Part shown: positions 28,201 to 41,587 of the stretch, in pieces
Numbering within the stretch: position 1 is the stretch's first letter
Layout of the letters: each line of letters begins with the position of its first letter
Source of the DNA: Trichoplax adhaerens
Lineage: Eukaryota; Animalia; Placozoa
DNA length: 64,000 bases
Direction of reading: 5' to 3'
NCBI RefSeq assembly: GCF_000150275.1
Contig: NW_002060951.1
Location: 1,126,297 to 1,190,296 of the forward strand
Notes under the pieces: model-generated
Told to the model about the DNA's origin: nothing
Databases searched by the model: none
What the model saw: the letters and a program-made list of their open reading frames with translations, nothing else
Program-made: the position numbers and the translations under genes

Positions 28201-30479
28201 ATCATAAAGGATAACACCAATTGCATCCATCAATTATCATTTAAGCTTATTACCTTAGAAAATATTTCGTCCAATTGGCGATTAAATTTCTGCGTTCCTA
28301 GTAATTCAATTAACGTCCGTTTAAATTCTAGCCTATTCATTTGACCTGGCTTCTTTCTGATCTCATTAAATTCTACATCATTTTTTAATCTTTTGCTGCC
28401 TATATTATCTTTAGCCCAAGCTAGTCCTCGCTGTCGTTGAGATGGCGAACCAGGCGTTATTGAAAATCGATCCATTAATTCCTGGAAATTGTTTAAACTC
28501 AAGTGTTGCTCAATACGGGGACAAGCTTCATCTCGGTCAAAACTATTTAATGAAATTGTTCTATTAATTATCTTCGATTTCGTCATTTCAATAACTCGAG
28601 TATCATAGAGCAAAGATTGATTTAAATATTCTTATGGTGATTACCATCACTTTAACATTACTGTTTTGAATTGTAAGAGTATTGTAATTACTTGCCTTTT
28701 AACCACGGTGACCGGTGTCGAGCGCTTGGCCACTTTATCTATAAATTTATTCTGTAAAAATAAAAGCATATAAGCCTATTTAGCAATTGAGTTTGGAGAA
28801 ATCTATTCCTCCCAATAATTTATTTGTAACGCCTTTTGGGGTATTTATCGACTGCAGTCGTACAATAGTAATCCATTAGCCTCTAGATAGACTTACTTTA
28901 TACTGATTAAATAAATTGATTTGATATTCAAGATAATTTTTGGCTAGAGTAATTTGATATTGGGGTTTAAAATGTGTAATGCAGGCATGAATAAAAAGCT
29001 TAGACAACCTCTACTACTGATATTGTACCATATTCACTATGATAAAAGTTAGCAGAGAAAAAATAAATTGATTGCTTATATTAATTACGACTATCGGGAT
29101 TAGCATGTGGCATACTGTCTTAATCCGCTCTCAAAATGATCCACATACTACTAATCAGGATTAACTGTATTATACCAGCAATACGTATATATGAGGTTAT
29201 ATATTAATAAAGAAAACTCTAATAAAAAGAAATAACATAATTATTTATTAATTGTGGCGATTTAGATAAATTTCGGCTAAAATTCATCATCAGACTGAAT
29301 TGCAGTAGTCAAAGAAAATGAAAAATCTATCGATGCCGTTTTAACACTTCAATAGCATGATTTCGTCATTTAACCGCCTTGTAGTGGGATAGTTGATTTG
29401 CTATTAAATTGCTGATTATTCCCTACACAGATCTTTCATACGTATATAGTCTAATATTGAATATCAATAAAGAAGTACTAAAACTATGATTCTATATACT
29501 GTAATTTATCACGCCATAACGCCTACCGATATATAACTATGAAAAAGGTTATCGATATCTTTCTAAAATTTATCATTAATGGTAGAAGTAAACATTTAAA
29601 ATTATAGAACGCAAAATCAAAGCATAGATTAATTCCTAAGTGGTACTTAGATACAAACATTATTTATTTTAATGGCAATACGGGGTTGCTAAGATTGTGT
29701 ATCTTGATAAAAATAGTAATAATGCTCTCAAATTACGAACTATCGCTAGGATTAGAATACTTATATAGATACTTTATCAATCATCGTTCTTTTGAGTATA
29801 TGTCATATTCGAAATATGTACCCTTTCCCGATAAGAGTGAAGGAGCGTAAATCAGAGAATTTATAGTGCACGTATTAATATAGTAGTCTCTTTGGCAAAT
29901 TGAGATTATCTAATGAAAAATGTCAACTTTGCGTTAATCAATTTACAAATATTAGGGGTTAATTAATTAAAATTGCATCCATTCATGAACTATTCGCATT
30001 ATACAAGGTGATGAATTTAGGTTAAAACATACAGTAAGCCTTACAGATGACGTTAGAAATTCATTTTAACATCCAACGACTATAATAAAATTTCTTCGAT
30101 TTGCTTAAAATCAATGAAACTAACCATAGCTGTACATGATAACAATCAGCAATGAATCATGGGTGGATTATGCACGAGATATTTATACCATTAATAGTAG
30201 AATAAGTTATGAACGCTAAAATTTGGAACATCGCTGGATTTATTGACTCTACTACCGTAAATTAAGTGCTATGAATTATTTCTTTCCATAATTAGAATAA
30301 ATCAGTCTATATCGATTAATAAATATCTTACATACTCGAATGTCAGTCCATCGTTTTCTAGATTTCTTAATGTAGCCACTATTCGATGATGTTAATAAAG
30401 CGTTCATCAAAGCATAAATATCGCCAAGTTTCCCCGTGGCATCCTTTTTAGCGTTCTTATCGTAATCGTCGTCGTTCAT
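19256..30479 (-). CDS. EF-hand plus WD40-repeat protein (WDR49/WDR64/EFCAB8/WDY family); 5' end tentative
   Basis: N-terminal EF-hand LDEIFSK|VDVTCDGLVDWEDFCTY followed by many WD40 exons (HKDWVRRIKY, VRLWNPYVTNKPVAVMKGH, VSVWDFEGG, EDILSIDYCPPHYVATGSFDGEIVIW, SDSGGNVSIWDI, TASVDQTARVWTAGGHYVGTFGQ). The first exon 30336-30479 (MNDDDY...WTDIR) is phase-compatible but not supported by homology. Confidence 0.82.
23569..23611. mobile_element. Short palindromic element with 16-bp arms and a 7-bp flanking direct repeat
   Basis: CTTAAAT-C-ATGGACTACTAAAAAA-ggctgacat-TTTTTTAGTAGTCCAT-A-CTTAAAT, inside an intron of the WD40 gene. Confidence 0.65.
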
Positions 30480-33060
30480 GGTGATTTCGTGGAAATTTTT
30501 CAATATACAAGTAGCTCAATCCAATAACTATGCAATCATACGAATTGCCTAGAAAACCGACCATATGATATACGTATATGCATATATTTGTAAATAAACG
30601 ATAATAATATTTTATCTTTATAAGAAGACAGTTCAATTAATTAATATAAGATTAATTGTAATAAATATTAATCTCACAGAGTGAGTAATACATATGATCA
30701 ATTGCTATCGACAGTAAGAGCAACCTATCTCATTGGTCTATTACAGTTTTGATAACTATAAAATTTCTTGAATGTTCAACATACTTATCTACTTATGTAC
30801 TCTCTTTACTACATAATTACACTAAAAAGAACTTCATACAAGGCTAATAAAACGATAAACATTGGAGTCTAAAAGATTTAGGATTAAAAGTAGCATGATT
30901 GCAATAATAATAACTAGGCATTTAAGGCCAGAAAAAAGACACCATATTATTTCTAAGAAATTATACTTACCTTCGTTAAGAAGAGATTTTCGAAGAAATT
31001 TTTATCATCCCAACTTTAAGTATGATGCAAAGAATGGACGAAAAGGACGAATCGTTGAAGGTCTATGCTAACTTAGCGCTTATCATAGATCAATACTTTT
31101 AGAAAGACTTTATGAATTATAGCTTTTCCTAATACGATATTTACACTACATTATAAGTAAGGCATAAAACAAAATAGATTTTAAAAGTTGAAAATGGCCG
31201 AAGATAAAGAGATATAGCCGAGAATAAAGTAAGTAGATACGTGAAAAAAAGGAAATTTATGCCCAATCTAGACGTCCTTTATAATTTATACTGGCATACA
31301 AAATGTGCAATTATGCAGTTCTTACGTTGCTATCATTCACAGCGTAAACCACGACTAGAATAATATTATTAAAGCATATTAATGCAGTCATTGATAATTG
31401 GAGATAGTATCTGCCATAGTAGTCTAAGATCTGATCAAGCACATCAAAAAGCATCCATAGTACTAAGAACACTTTACTCTATCCTATAGTATAATGTCTT
31501 ACATTAATACGTTAATGAGATATCAACATATATCTAAGGCAAAATAATCATTTTCTGTGGTTGCCATGGAGATTATTTTGTTACTAATAGGCTATTTACA
31601 GATAGTTTATTCTTTTCCTAACTATTGTATTGTTATAATATCAGTTCATAAATCTAGACTAAGGATTTACTATGATTCGCTATGAAGATCGCAAACAATT
31701 ATCATCCTGGTCTTCATTTGACGAATTTTGTGGAAATGCTTTAAATTTAACATAATTATAATTATGAACTATAAATTTTCACGTAATTTTCTTCGTTTAA
31801 TTAGACGATTGAATATGTTATATCGAACAATTTGCAGCTTGGGTTACTAATAACATATCAAGATAGAATTTTTCCAGATTGTTATTCCGCTCTGGAAATA
31901 TTATATTAGCTCAATTCTACAAGGATGATTGAATGTACTGGACATTGTCCATACGGTACTATGTACGATATGATACTATATAAAATTGTTAGATAAAATC
32001 TCGAAAGCTATACTTGCGCAAAGTCATTAATTTGACATACTAATTGGTGTCAGCAACTTTACATACGAGTATACGTATTACGAATACTATTCTTACTGAA
32101 GTATAGTATGTTGTCCCTCTATTGCGAGTTACCCATGCCACTCAAAATTGCATACCGTATTTAACTGTAAATTCAATGATGACGATCGCTGTATATTAGA
32201 TAGATTATAAATAATATCATTTCTGCTAAACGAAATGCAGGATTTAAATTTTGCATCAAGGTGACTGGATCAATAGCAAATCCCACGTAGACAATGTTGC
32301 AATATAAAGTATAATTATTACGAGAGGGGATTCAGTAATTTAAATAATACTAGTAATATAATTTGTTATATCAATTATTCTCAACCTTGAAATACATATA
32401 GAACAAAACATTCAACGAGTTATCCAACGATTAATTTAATACTGAACAGGTCAAATAATTTTAATAACTATGACTCAATTGAGTTTGATACATAAGCGAG
32501 AAATAGCAAAAGCAATTTTTTGTCTAGAGCACCAATTCTTAGAATTTCCCTTTGAAAATTTAAAATTTTGAATTACTCTTCAAAGAAATTGCGTTTAAGC
32601 TATTTGATTTAAATAACAGATTAAATTTAACTTTTACCTACAGAAAAGGTAACGATTTTAGCTAAAGAAATAGCTGCCTTAAACAATCCAATTACAAGCT
32701 AAAAGTTTAAAAAATGGACTAACAAAATTCTATGTTGGATATTTGCTATATAAATGATTACAGCTATTATTCCATTAGAAATGAACCTGAAATCAATATA
32801 GTTTAAGTAAAGATTAAAAACTCAATAAATGGAAAGTTTTCTTTATTGAAGGCGAGTTAAAGTTTGCATGTCTTAAAGTGATTGATTGTTATTGTATCCT
32901 ATATTTTTAACCTAATATTACTGATGCCAATAAAAGCAATCTTCGGCTGCATAATCAAAAATTTTAATAGATTAAATCTTCGATAATGGGTAAAGCTATT
33001 AATTTAAATAGGATTGATTTCTTTTTAACTTCTGATCAAAAGTTATTGTTTAATTCAATC

Positions 33061-35333
33061 TTATTTCAATGGAGAAAATTGAACGGGAACCAAGATTTTC
33101 GATGTTCTACTGATAACGGATGGATGATCTGCAACATTTGAACGATGAGAGTAATAATGTACCGTAATCGTAAATCATTCAACACGTATAAAAGTTTGTA
33201 ATTTCTCACGAAAATTATATTAACGCATCATAATAATCACCTAATTCTGCTATGCTATCCTTGGAGTTTTTCTTGATGTTGTGTCTTTCATCTAAATCAT
33301 TAAACCTCCAGAGTAGGAACACTATTCAAAAAGATGTTGTATTATACAAACATAAATTTGAATTTTCTAATACGAATAATGTTGTAATTACTCTATTCGA
33401 ATCGCAAGCTAAAGCCTTACTTGTATCTAAAGGTCCATGTTCTGTCTTCCAGATTCCAATCAATTTACTGGAATCATTATTCTGAGAGGAAACCGTTTTT
33501 TTTACGTTCGTCTCCAAATTTGAGTACTTACTGGCGGATGATGAAATACTTTGCAATTCATAAACACCTTTAATTGATCCAATTGGATAAGATACGTTCA
33601 TATACCGTAATGTATTAAAGATGAAAGACAATTAAAAATAATTAAAATACGGATTGTGAGTAAAGATTAGTTAATATTTTAATGACTATTAAAAAGATAA
33701 CTGAAATCGTATTCTTAGGGATATTTACGAGTGAAAATGTTGTAACTGTACCTCCTTGTTGATTGGATGATTGAATAGGATACCATGGTAGAGGAAACAT
33801 GACAACATTATCCTATAATAATAATAATAATACCATACCTTGTAACTGATGAACTTTTCAAGAGATTAATAAGACTTCATTCATATTGTACAGTTTGATG
33901 AATTGCGATAATTTTTTAGAACTATTTGACATAGCGAAATTGATCTAGCACACGGATGGTCTCTATATTAATTACTTTTAAATCCTATCTATTTTTTCCT
34001 CCATACACAATCCAGCATTATCGCGCAGGGATGTAATAGTTAACATTTATATCCAGTACTGTATATTCAACTAGCGTAAATAGTCCATCATAGAGGAAAA
34101 AGACGGTGCTATTAAATTGAAACTGGATCAATCAATCAGTTATCTTATGACTTAATGGTAGATTCTCATGGGGAGTATGGACAGTTAAACAGTACCGTAG
34201 ATAGAATAACCCTCATTTAATCATAAATGATGAGAGAATGACAATACGTCTGATAAGATGAGAAAACCTTTCCAAGCAAGATAGCATAGGTATTTTCAAG
34301 CTGCGATGGATAAGAGTATCTATAATCACTTTTTTCTGAGGTCAGTGTGTTACAGGATACAGTGTAATTAAGAGAATTTGAGATTGAAGGGAAATTATGT
34401 TGCCAATACAGTTATGAGAATGATATATTAAGCGAAATCCATATTGATTACTGCTAGAAAAAATCTTTTTAGTCGATATTTTCTTGTCATTCGTAACGTT
34501 CATTAGAATACTTTGACGATTGTACAGGTATTTCACTATCTTTTATGCTGTAAATTCCAAATACACGATCGCTGATATTTGAAACTTTTCAATTTTTACT
34601 AGGCTATCAGTCCTTGTTGTATAATTTATTTAATAATTAGCATAGAGGTCTGATTGATTTGGAGGTGGTGGAAGGAAAATAAAATAAAAAAAATGAAATC
34701 ATTTAATCAAGCTTTGAACGAATGTCTTACCTGTTGAACCAATTTTTTCATCATGATTGAAATATAGTTACTAATCCATTGCGGATCATCAGCTAAGGCC
34801 TTTCTGACATTTGTTCTATGTTGGAAGGTATCTATAAAATTATAAACAAAAATAAAAAAACGTTGTACAATACTGGAATTTACAACAGCATAGATAATAA
34901 TAATTCTTCTAATGGATAAGAATACTGCCACAGTAATAAGAGAAAGGGCTATTACTACAGTACTACGTCGATTCGTCCATTCATGATTATCATCGTAGTT
35001 AAAAGTATTCTTAAGAAAGTAGCACTATTTCAGCTGTGGGTTAAGTAACATGGAATAACCGTATTCCCAGATATGGACAACTTGATTTAAGCCACCGAGT
35101 TCGCTTGTCCAATATCCAAGTAATTTGGAATGGGCGGTGCGCAAGTGGAATTGCTCTTGCGTCAATTTGAGAAAATTTCCAAATTCCGCAGGTTGTATTG
35201 AATATGTTCGCAATTCGTACATTTTTTGTGCATTGCAATTGGAGGTATGCAGTTGATGACGATGTTGACATGATAACTGCAAGTAACATTTCCTGGCAGA
35301 CTGAAAGCGTCGAGGGTTAAGCCACGCCGCCAT
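33061..35333 (-). CDS. NIPSNAP-family mitochondrial protein (NIPSNAP3-like), 6 exons
   Basis: Arg-rich presequence-like N-terminus, then YELRTYSIQP...SKLLGYWTSELGGLNQVVHIWEY|DTFQHRTNVRKALADDPQW...|DNVVMFPLPW...|GVYELQ...LIGIWKTEHGPLD|...SKILVPVQFSPLK*. Stop at 33061-33063. Confidence 0.92.
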
Positions 35334-36919
35334 GATTGATTGTAATGCTGAACTTTAGACTTTTCGTGGATAATTATACAGTATATATGACAATAACAAA
35401 TATATAATCATTAATCTGATCACATCCAAATATCGCAGACAGTGCAGGCATGCGCGAGTCTAATCTTGATTTGATATTCTAAGTTAACAGCATGGTTAAT
35501 TCCTTCCTTCCCAGTTGAATGAAGGACTGGTGGATTTTTTTACAAGTTCATGATTTCACGACTGTACTGTACAGTACTGTATAAGATCATCGCTATATAG
35601 TCGCGGAAATACCTCGATTAAGTGCAGTATTTTATTTCATTAAGGGGCATTTCTCAAATTTGTAAATGGCTTCAATTTAAAAGAGAAAAGACAGCTATCT
35701 CCTTCAGACTGAAATCATTCATAATTTCGCAAATGCTCCTTTCTAGAATTGAATTGATTAATCATGCGAATACTCTCCTTGTAGCAATACTTTTCAATGC
35801 CTTTTTTTACATAGCTTTGCAGTAATGAAGTTTGATTAACTTTAAAGGGCATCACTAAAACGTAACACAGTGTGCAATTCAATATTTTATTTTTGTAGTT
35901 CTCTTCGTGTCGAACGCGATCTATTCCTACTTATATCAATCCATCAATGCAGTAACAAAAGGCAAATACTGCATGTAAGTAGAACCATTTTTCGCCTTCT
36001 TTACAGTGAATAAATTTCCAAATATCACACTGTACTGAACACTGAGTCAGTGTACATGAAAGGTTATTGCAATTTTTCCGCCAAACTGACAGCTAAGGTC
36101 TAACCCTCTAAAATGAATCTCCTACTTCCAACAAATGTTATAAAAACAGAAATACTAATCATTCATCTGGATATAATTAATCATCCCAACTCCTATTAGC
36201 TAAATACTGTACCATCCATTTTGAAATGGGGCGTACTTTTTTTAGTAGGTTGCAGTACCTATTACCGTAGTTATAGGAGATTGTATGAACCTATCGTGTA
36301 ATCGCCAGCCTCTCACTTTTTATTCAATCAATGAAGAGTCGATTTTGAAGTGTGGATAAAATCGCCAACTCATCGAAAAGTAGCGTAGTACATGTCCTAC
36401 ATTGTATAAAACTCAGTCAAAGTCTCCCCGAAAAAAGATCCATTTTCTCTTCTCACCATGTTCATACTATACCACTAGCAATGTTTCGCTAAATGCAGTC
36501 TACTGCACAGTAGAATGGAGGGAACTCTATTCAGTATGGATTGCATCGAACAAAACTTTGAACTTTTCCTTTATTCATTCACAATTTATTGAAGACGTGA
36601 TCGTTATTTGAGGATATTGTACGCACGTACCAGCAATGATTTGTTCAATTGATGTTCTTTCCGGGATCGTATAAGCACATGGACTACAAATTTACCTCTA
36701 AGTTAAGCGATTTCAGAACCTGTGTTCAATTAAGTTTTGAAGAACATGCATGTCCACTGTGCAGTGCTGAGGGCAACCCGCAGGAAAACATACGAGTACT
36801 GTCGTACTGACCTCCGTATAGAACATCCATTTGACCACGATTACAAGGGTGTGGAGAGCCCTGTAAAATGGTTGAAAGATGTTCAGCAATAGTGTTGCTT
36901 TCAATTATATCTTTCAATT

Positions 36920-37355
36920 GTGAAGAAATAGACTATCCATTTGGTTGCAATTGCATGCAGACAGATCAGTACAACCTTGAGCCATTGGCTCTTGCTATTT
37001 TGATTGCTTTTGATCGCAGTCTGACATCATTCTATTTCTTTCAAGTTTCGAATATAAACTACCAGTTGCTGTTACTGGGTCGCTCCAAGCGTTGAATAAG
37101 TCACGTCGTTCTACCGGTCTCCAGTACACAGTGTACATACAGTACAGCAGAAAGTCTCTAATACTGTACAGTGAAGAAATGGACTTTCCATTTGGTTGCA
37201 ATTGCATGCAGACAGATCAGTACAACCTTGAGCCATTGGCTCTTGCTATTTTGATTGCTTTTGATCGCAGTCTGACATCATTCTATTTCTTTCAAGTTTC
37301 GAATATAAACTACCAGTTGCTGTTACTGGGTCGCTCCAAGCGTTGAATAAGTCAC
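36920..37355. repeat. Near-identical direct duplication of ~185 bp, period 251 bp
   Basis: 36920-37104 versus 37171-37355 (GTGAAGAAAT...GCGTTGAATAAGTCAC). This explains the paired ORFs 36868/37092 and 36995/37246. Confidence 0.95.
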
Positions 37356-38041
37356 ACCGTCCTATCTGTCTACAGCACACAGTGTACAGTACATAGAGAG
37401 TCATTAGAAGGGTCTGTACTGTACTGTAGTACGGTACAGTGTACGTACACTGTAGAGAGAAGTGAAAAATAGTGCTGCGAAAATCCTGATGAGCCTGTAG
37501 AATCAGTGCTGTATTTGCTGATGAAACTGATCTGTTCACTGTCCAATTTGAAGAGCTTTTCGTTATGATCTTGTCGTTCCTATTTCGACTTTACTCGCTG
37601 ACGTCTACAGTACAATGTCCAGGCGAGATTCTTTCGTCTTCCATTTCTTTCTACAGTACTGTGCTACACTGTACAGTACAGTGTGCACTGTGCGATACAG
37701 TGTATTGTACTAGACTCTACCAAACAGCATGATCACGCTATTCGTACTGTACTCGGTACCAGACCTACTGTTCGGTACTGGACAGGACGGTACAGTGTAC
37801 AGTAAGGGAAGTGTTGATCCTCCTCTCGATGACACATTTCTCGATTGCGCATGCTCCATGGCATCCAATAAAACTTCTGGCTGTCATCATCTCCAGCCAT
37901 CTCCAACCCGTTCAGAGTCAATCCACTTTCAAGCCAACTGGTGTACCCTACAGTATACTGCTGTGGACTGTTTACAGCGCATCATTTTGGATAATTTTAT
38001 TTTCCAAGCTAATAGTTTTTTTCCGCTACGTATGAGAAAAG

Positions 38042-41000
38042 ATGTCGAAGGAAGACGAAATCGTGGTAGAATTAAGAAAAATCATTTTTAAAGCTCGCCA
38101 AAATGTTGAAATGGAAGAAATAATGCAGCCATGGCTACAAACATTGAAAAACCGTAGTCACCCGGCAGATATTTGCACGGCCATTGCTGATAGTCTTTAC
38201 GATTTGGTATGCATAAGACGTTGATTATCACCAGTACCCTAAAAATACAAACTCCTTCCTTAACGCAATTTTTGTACATAGCGACTGTTACATCTTTTAG
38301 TGATGTAGTTGCTGTCAATGGAGTTCAGTTGCAAAGCCATGATGATAGCAATCATTATTTTATAGGGCGTTAGTACTGAAGCCGATGTGATACCGTCCGT
38401 TAAAGTGGCCGTCAAGATTCATAACAGCGAAATTCTGAAAGACGCTTTCGCTTTGGCTCTACTAAATAGGTTCTACTATTGCTTGCAACATGAATATACT
38501 AGCGCTAACTTTCATCTAATTCATTTCCTTACTTGCTCTACTTTGAACATACTCCGTTATAGTCTCTGCATGTCAATACATGTTCAACTTTAACATCAAT
38601 ATAAAATACATAACCATACGTAGAGTCAATAGTAGGAAGTAGTTTGCGTAGACGTGGAGAATAATACGGTAAACACACTGTAGACGGCTCTGCTTTACCG
38701 CAAGTCTTGCCACACTCTACTTGTAAACTCATGTTGTATCACCAAAGAATTCTACAAATGACATACACCCCTCCTACAGTTCAACTTGATGCTAAAATAT
38801 GCCAAAGTGCTGTATCAGTCAACGACTAAACCAATTCCTATAGTAACACAACTTGCTTGGCTACAATTGATGTTTATATACTACTGTAACATTTTGTAAA
38901 GGTGCAAGACGGACTATGTTAATAGAAACAAGCTAATCGAAGAAGATCAATGGATGCAGCTAAATATCAACCTTTGGTTTATTTGCAACATGTACCAAAA
39001 CTGTAAAAATCTGGTAGGAAATCAATTGGTTGTGTAACCAAAACAACCTGCTAATAGCTAAATTAAATAATACTATTTGCTTCATTTCTAGCAAACCGGC
39101 AAAACTATGTCGGTATTGTATGTGGCCATTGTCGATTACCTGATAAATATCATGGAGAATTTGCAAAAGCTGGATACTGTTAGAGATGTATTATTGGTTA
39201 GTATTGGAATGAAATGTACAACAAGATCCAATTAGTATCAATTTTAAAATTTCCTTTATCGCCGTGACGAACAAATATTTAGTTTGCCTTGCCAGCCCTA
39301 AAGGAAGATGAGAAAGCGTCCAAACGTACCCCAGGTTTAACCGACGTTTTTAATATGGCAAGAGAACTTCTGAAAGATTCATCTATAGCAGAGTAATAGC
39401 CGTCGTATTCATTTCAATTTTCAGTATTTAGTTAAAAAACAAAATCTTACCATGTTACTTATTTGGCAATAGTGACGTTAAAGCCATCTTGACGGACATA
39501 GCGGAGATGAACAACAATGCGGAGTCCGACGCAAATGACACCAATCCACAAAATGTAAGAAAACTACCCTCAACCGATATTTAAATACTATTTGCTTTCA
39601 TGTTCCAACAACTTTACTACATAGTTTGAACCTGATGTATCATCTTTTAGCATGATAGCAAAGATCAGGAAACTGCGTCGTTATACGAGTATTTGCATTA
39701 TTCTTTGGATGAATTGAGTGCCTTCCCGGGCGATGTAGCTACGGTGACAGAATCAATTATTGCAGAGTTAAAACCTTGGTCGGAAGATGAAAATGTTATA
39801 TCTGAAACTGCCTCATTAATTTTTAACAAAGTAAGCAATTCGCCTTTCTACTCTATACGAGCTAAAGATTGTAGATGCTGCGATACAATACGAGTATAGC
39901 TACGCTCATTTCCGAAATAACACTGTTTATCGTTTTCATAGGCAGTAGCCGATAGTAATTTCCGCTATACGGCTGCTCTGTTATGTAAAAGTATTCACGA
40001 ATCATCGGTATTTAAGGACGATAAATTTAGATACCATTTGCTAAAGGAGTAAGTAAAATTTTTCCAATCGTTAGCGTGAAGCCTTTTAAGACGAAAATGT
40101 ATCTACTGTATTGCGTAGATGCCAAAAACTATTCCAAAGCAAGGAGAAATTCGAGAAACAAGTAATGTTTGGAGGAGCGCTTTTTACAGCTGAAATTTAC
40201 TTAAATTTTAAATCTGTAAGTTAACTACATATTATCAAATCCTGTAGCTTGTTACTCATTCAATGTGTAAATACCGATATCGTACCTTTTGGGGGATATA
40301 TTTCACTAATAGGGTAACAAGCCTCTTTTAAATCTACATGATGCACTGCTTTCTTACATGGAAGTACTATTGTTAAATACAGACAAAGATTATGTGAAGT
40401 GTATTACGTCTTTGTTAAAGGTAAGTATTTTTGATCTATTTTTAACGGACTGTAAATCGCTAAAAAAAGTTGCTTGATTCAGTTGGTAGGTAGCAGTATG
40501 GATCAATTTGAAAAGGAAGAAGGAAAAGATTTAAGTTTAAATAAAATTTTTGAACGTCTCCAGGAGATTGCTGAAAACACGAGGTACACTGATTATACGC
40601 TAGTAGCAATACAGTGCAATGATATTGACAAAAATGCTATTATTATTGAACTAGCGCTCAAAGTATCAAAGATATAATCTCAAATGTAGTTAAAATACGA
40701 GCATCGAATTGGGGGTTGGCGCCTAAACCGACATTAAATCCCAATGCCGCAGTCTTCCGTCCAACTGATAAAAAGTCAGATAATAATTCTGCTAGTTCTA
40801 ATGAAACTGGAAAAAAATTCAATCCCAATGCTACAGAATTCTATCCGTCATACAAGACCAACCCTAAAGATAGCACTGAACAGGAACAACCTGTGAGAGA
40901 TCTAGGTAACATCGTAGTATATGATTCAATACAAAAATAGGCTATACATATTTTACAATTCATTTATACATGCTATATCCTCGAATTCCTATACAGAAAC

Positions 41001-41215
41001 TTGGAATGAGTACGTTGGCGATGATGACGATTTCAATGCTGAACAGTAAGTTATACACGCTAGTACAGAAACAACCAATTTTTAGAGCATAAGAAAAAAT
41101 GTTATTCCTTCTTAGAATACACGAACAAGAAAATGTGTTTCAGTACTTCGAGGAAGAGATGATTGATGACGATATGGAACAAGAATATGAAAAGTTTCTA
41201 GCGAATGAATATTAA
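38042..41215 (+). CDS. PAIP1: Poly(A)-binding protein-interacting protein 1-like (MIF4G domain, two PAM2 motifs, acidic tail)
   Basis: LDELSAFPG...SLIFNK|AVADSNFRYTAALLC...FRYHLLK...FTAEIYLN...SLLK|LVGSSMD...VVKIRASNWG matches the PAIP1 MIF4G domain. PAM2 motifs LNPNAAVFRP and FNPNATEFYP; C-terminus IDDDMEQEYEKFL. Stop at 41213-41215. Confidence 0.82.
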
Positions 41216-41587
41216 ACTTTTAAAACATTCTGTAGAGATTGGATTGCATAAGTGAAGATTTATTGTTTGTTTGTTTGTTTGTTATATGATGCTAATACGG
41301 ATGCTAGTTACGGTGGAAAGATATCAAAGTTAATAACTTTACCTTCATTTTGAAGGATATGCGACAATGCTGTATTTACATTAAATTATCATCTAGATTA
41401 TCTATAATACACACAATGTTAATTATTATAACTTATTCGAGTGACCGATAACATTTCTTTCAGTTAGATGTTTGTAATATATGTAAACAGCTCTAAATAA
41501 TTACGACTATTATTATGTATCCAGTTCCTCCTAAAAACAATAAATCGATGATTAACTTATAGTAAAAACCCTTTACCTAGCATAAAT

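Noticed and set aside
30030-31080. Additional coding exons of the WD40 gene at ~30045-30120 and ~30970-31070
   Set aside because: Splice-like boundaries are present, but all frames I tested contain stops. They could be UTR exons.
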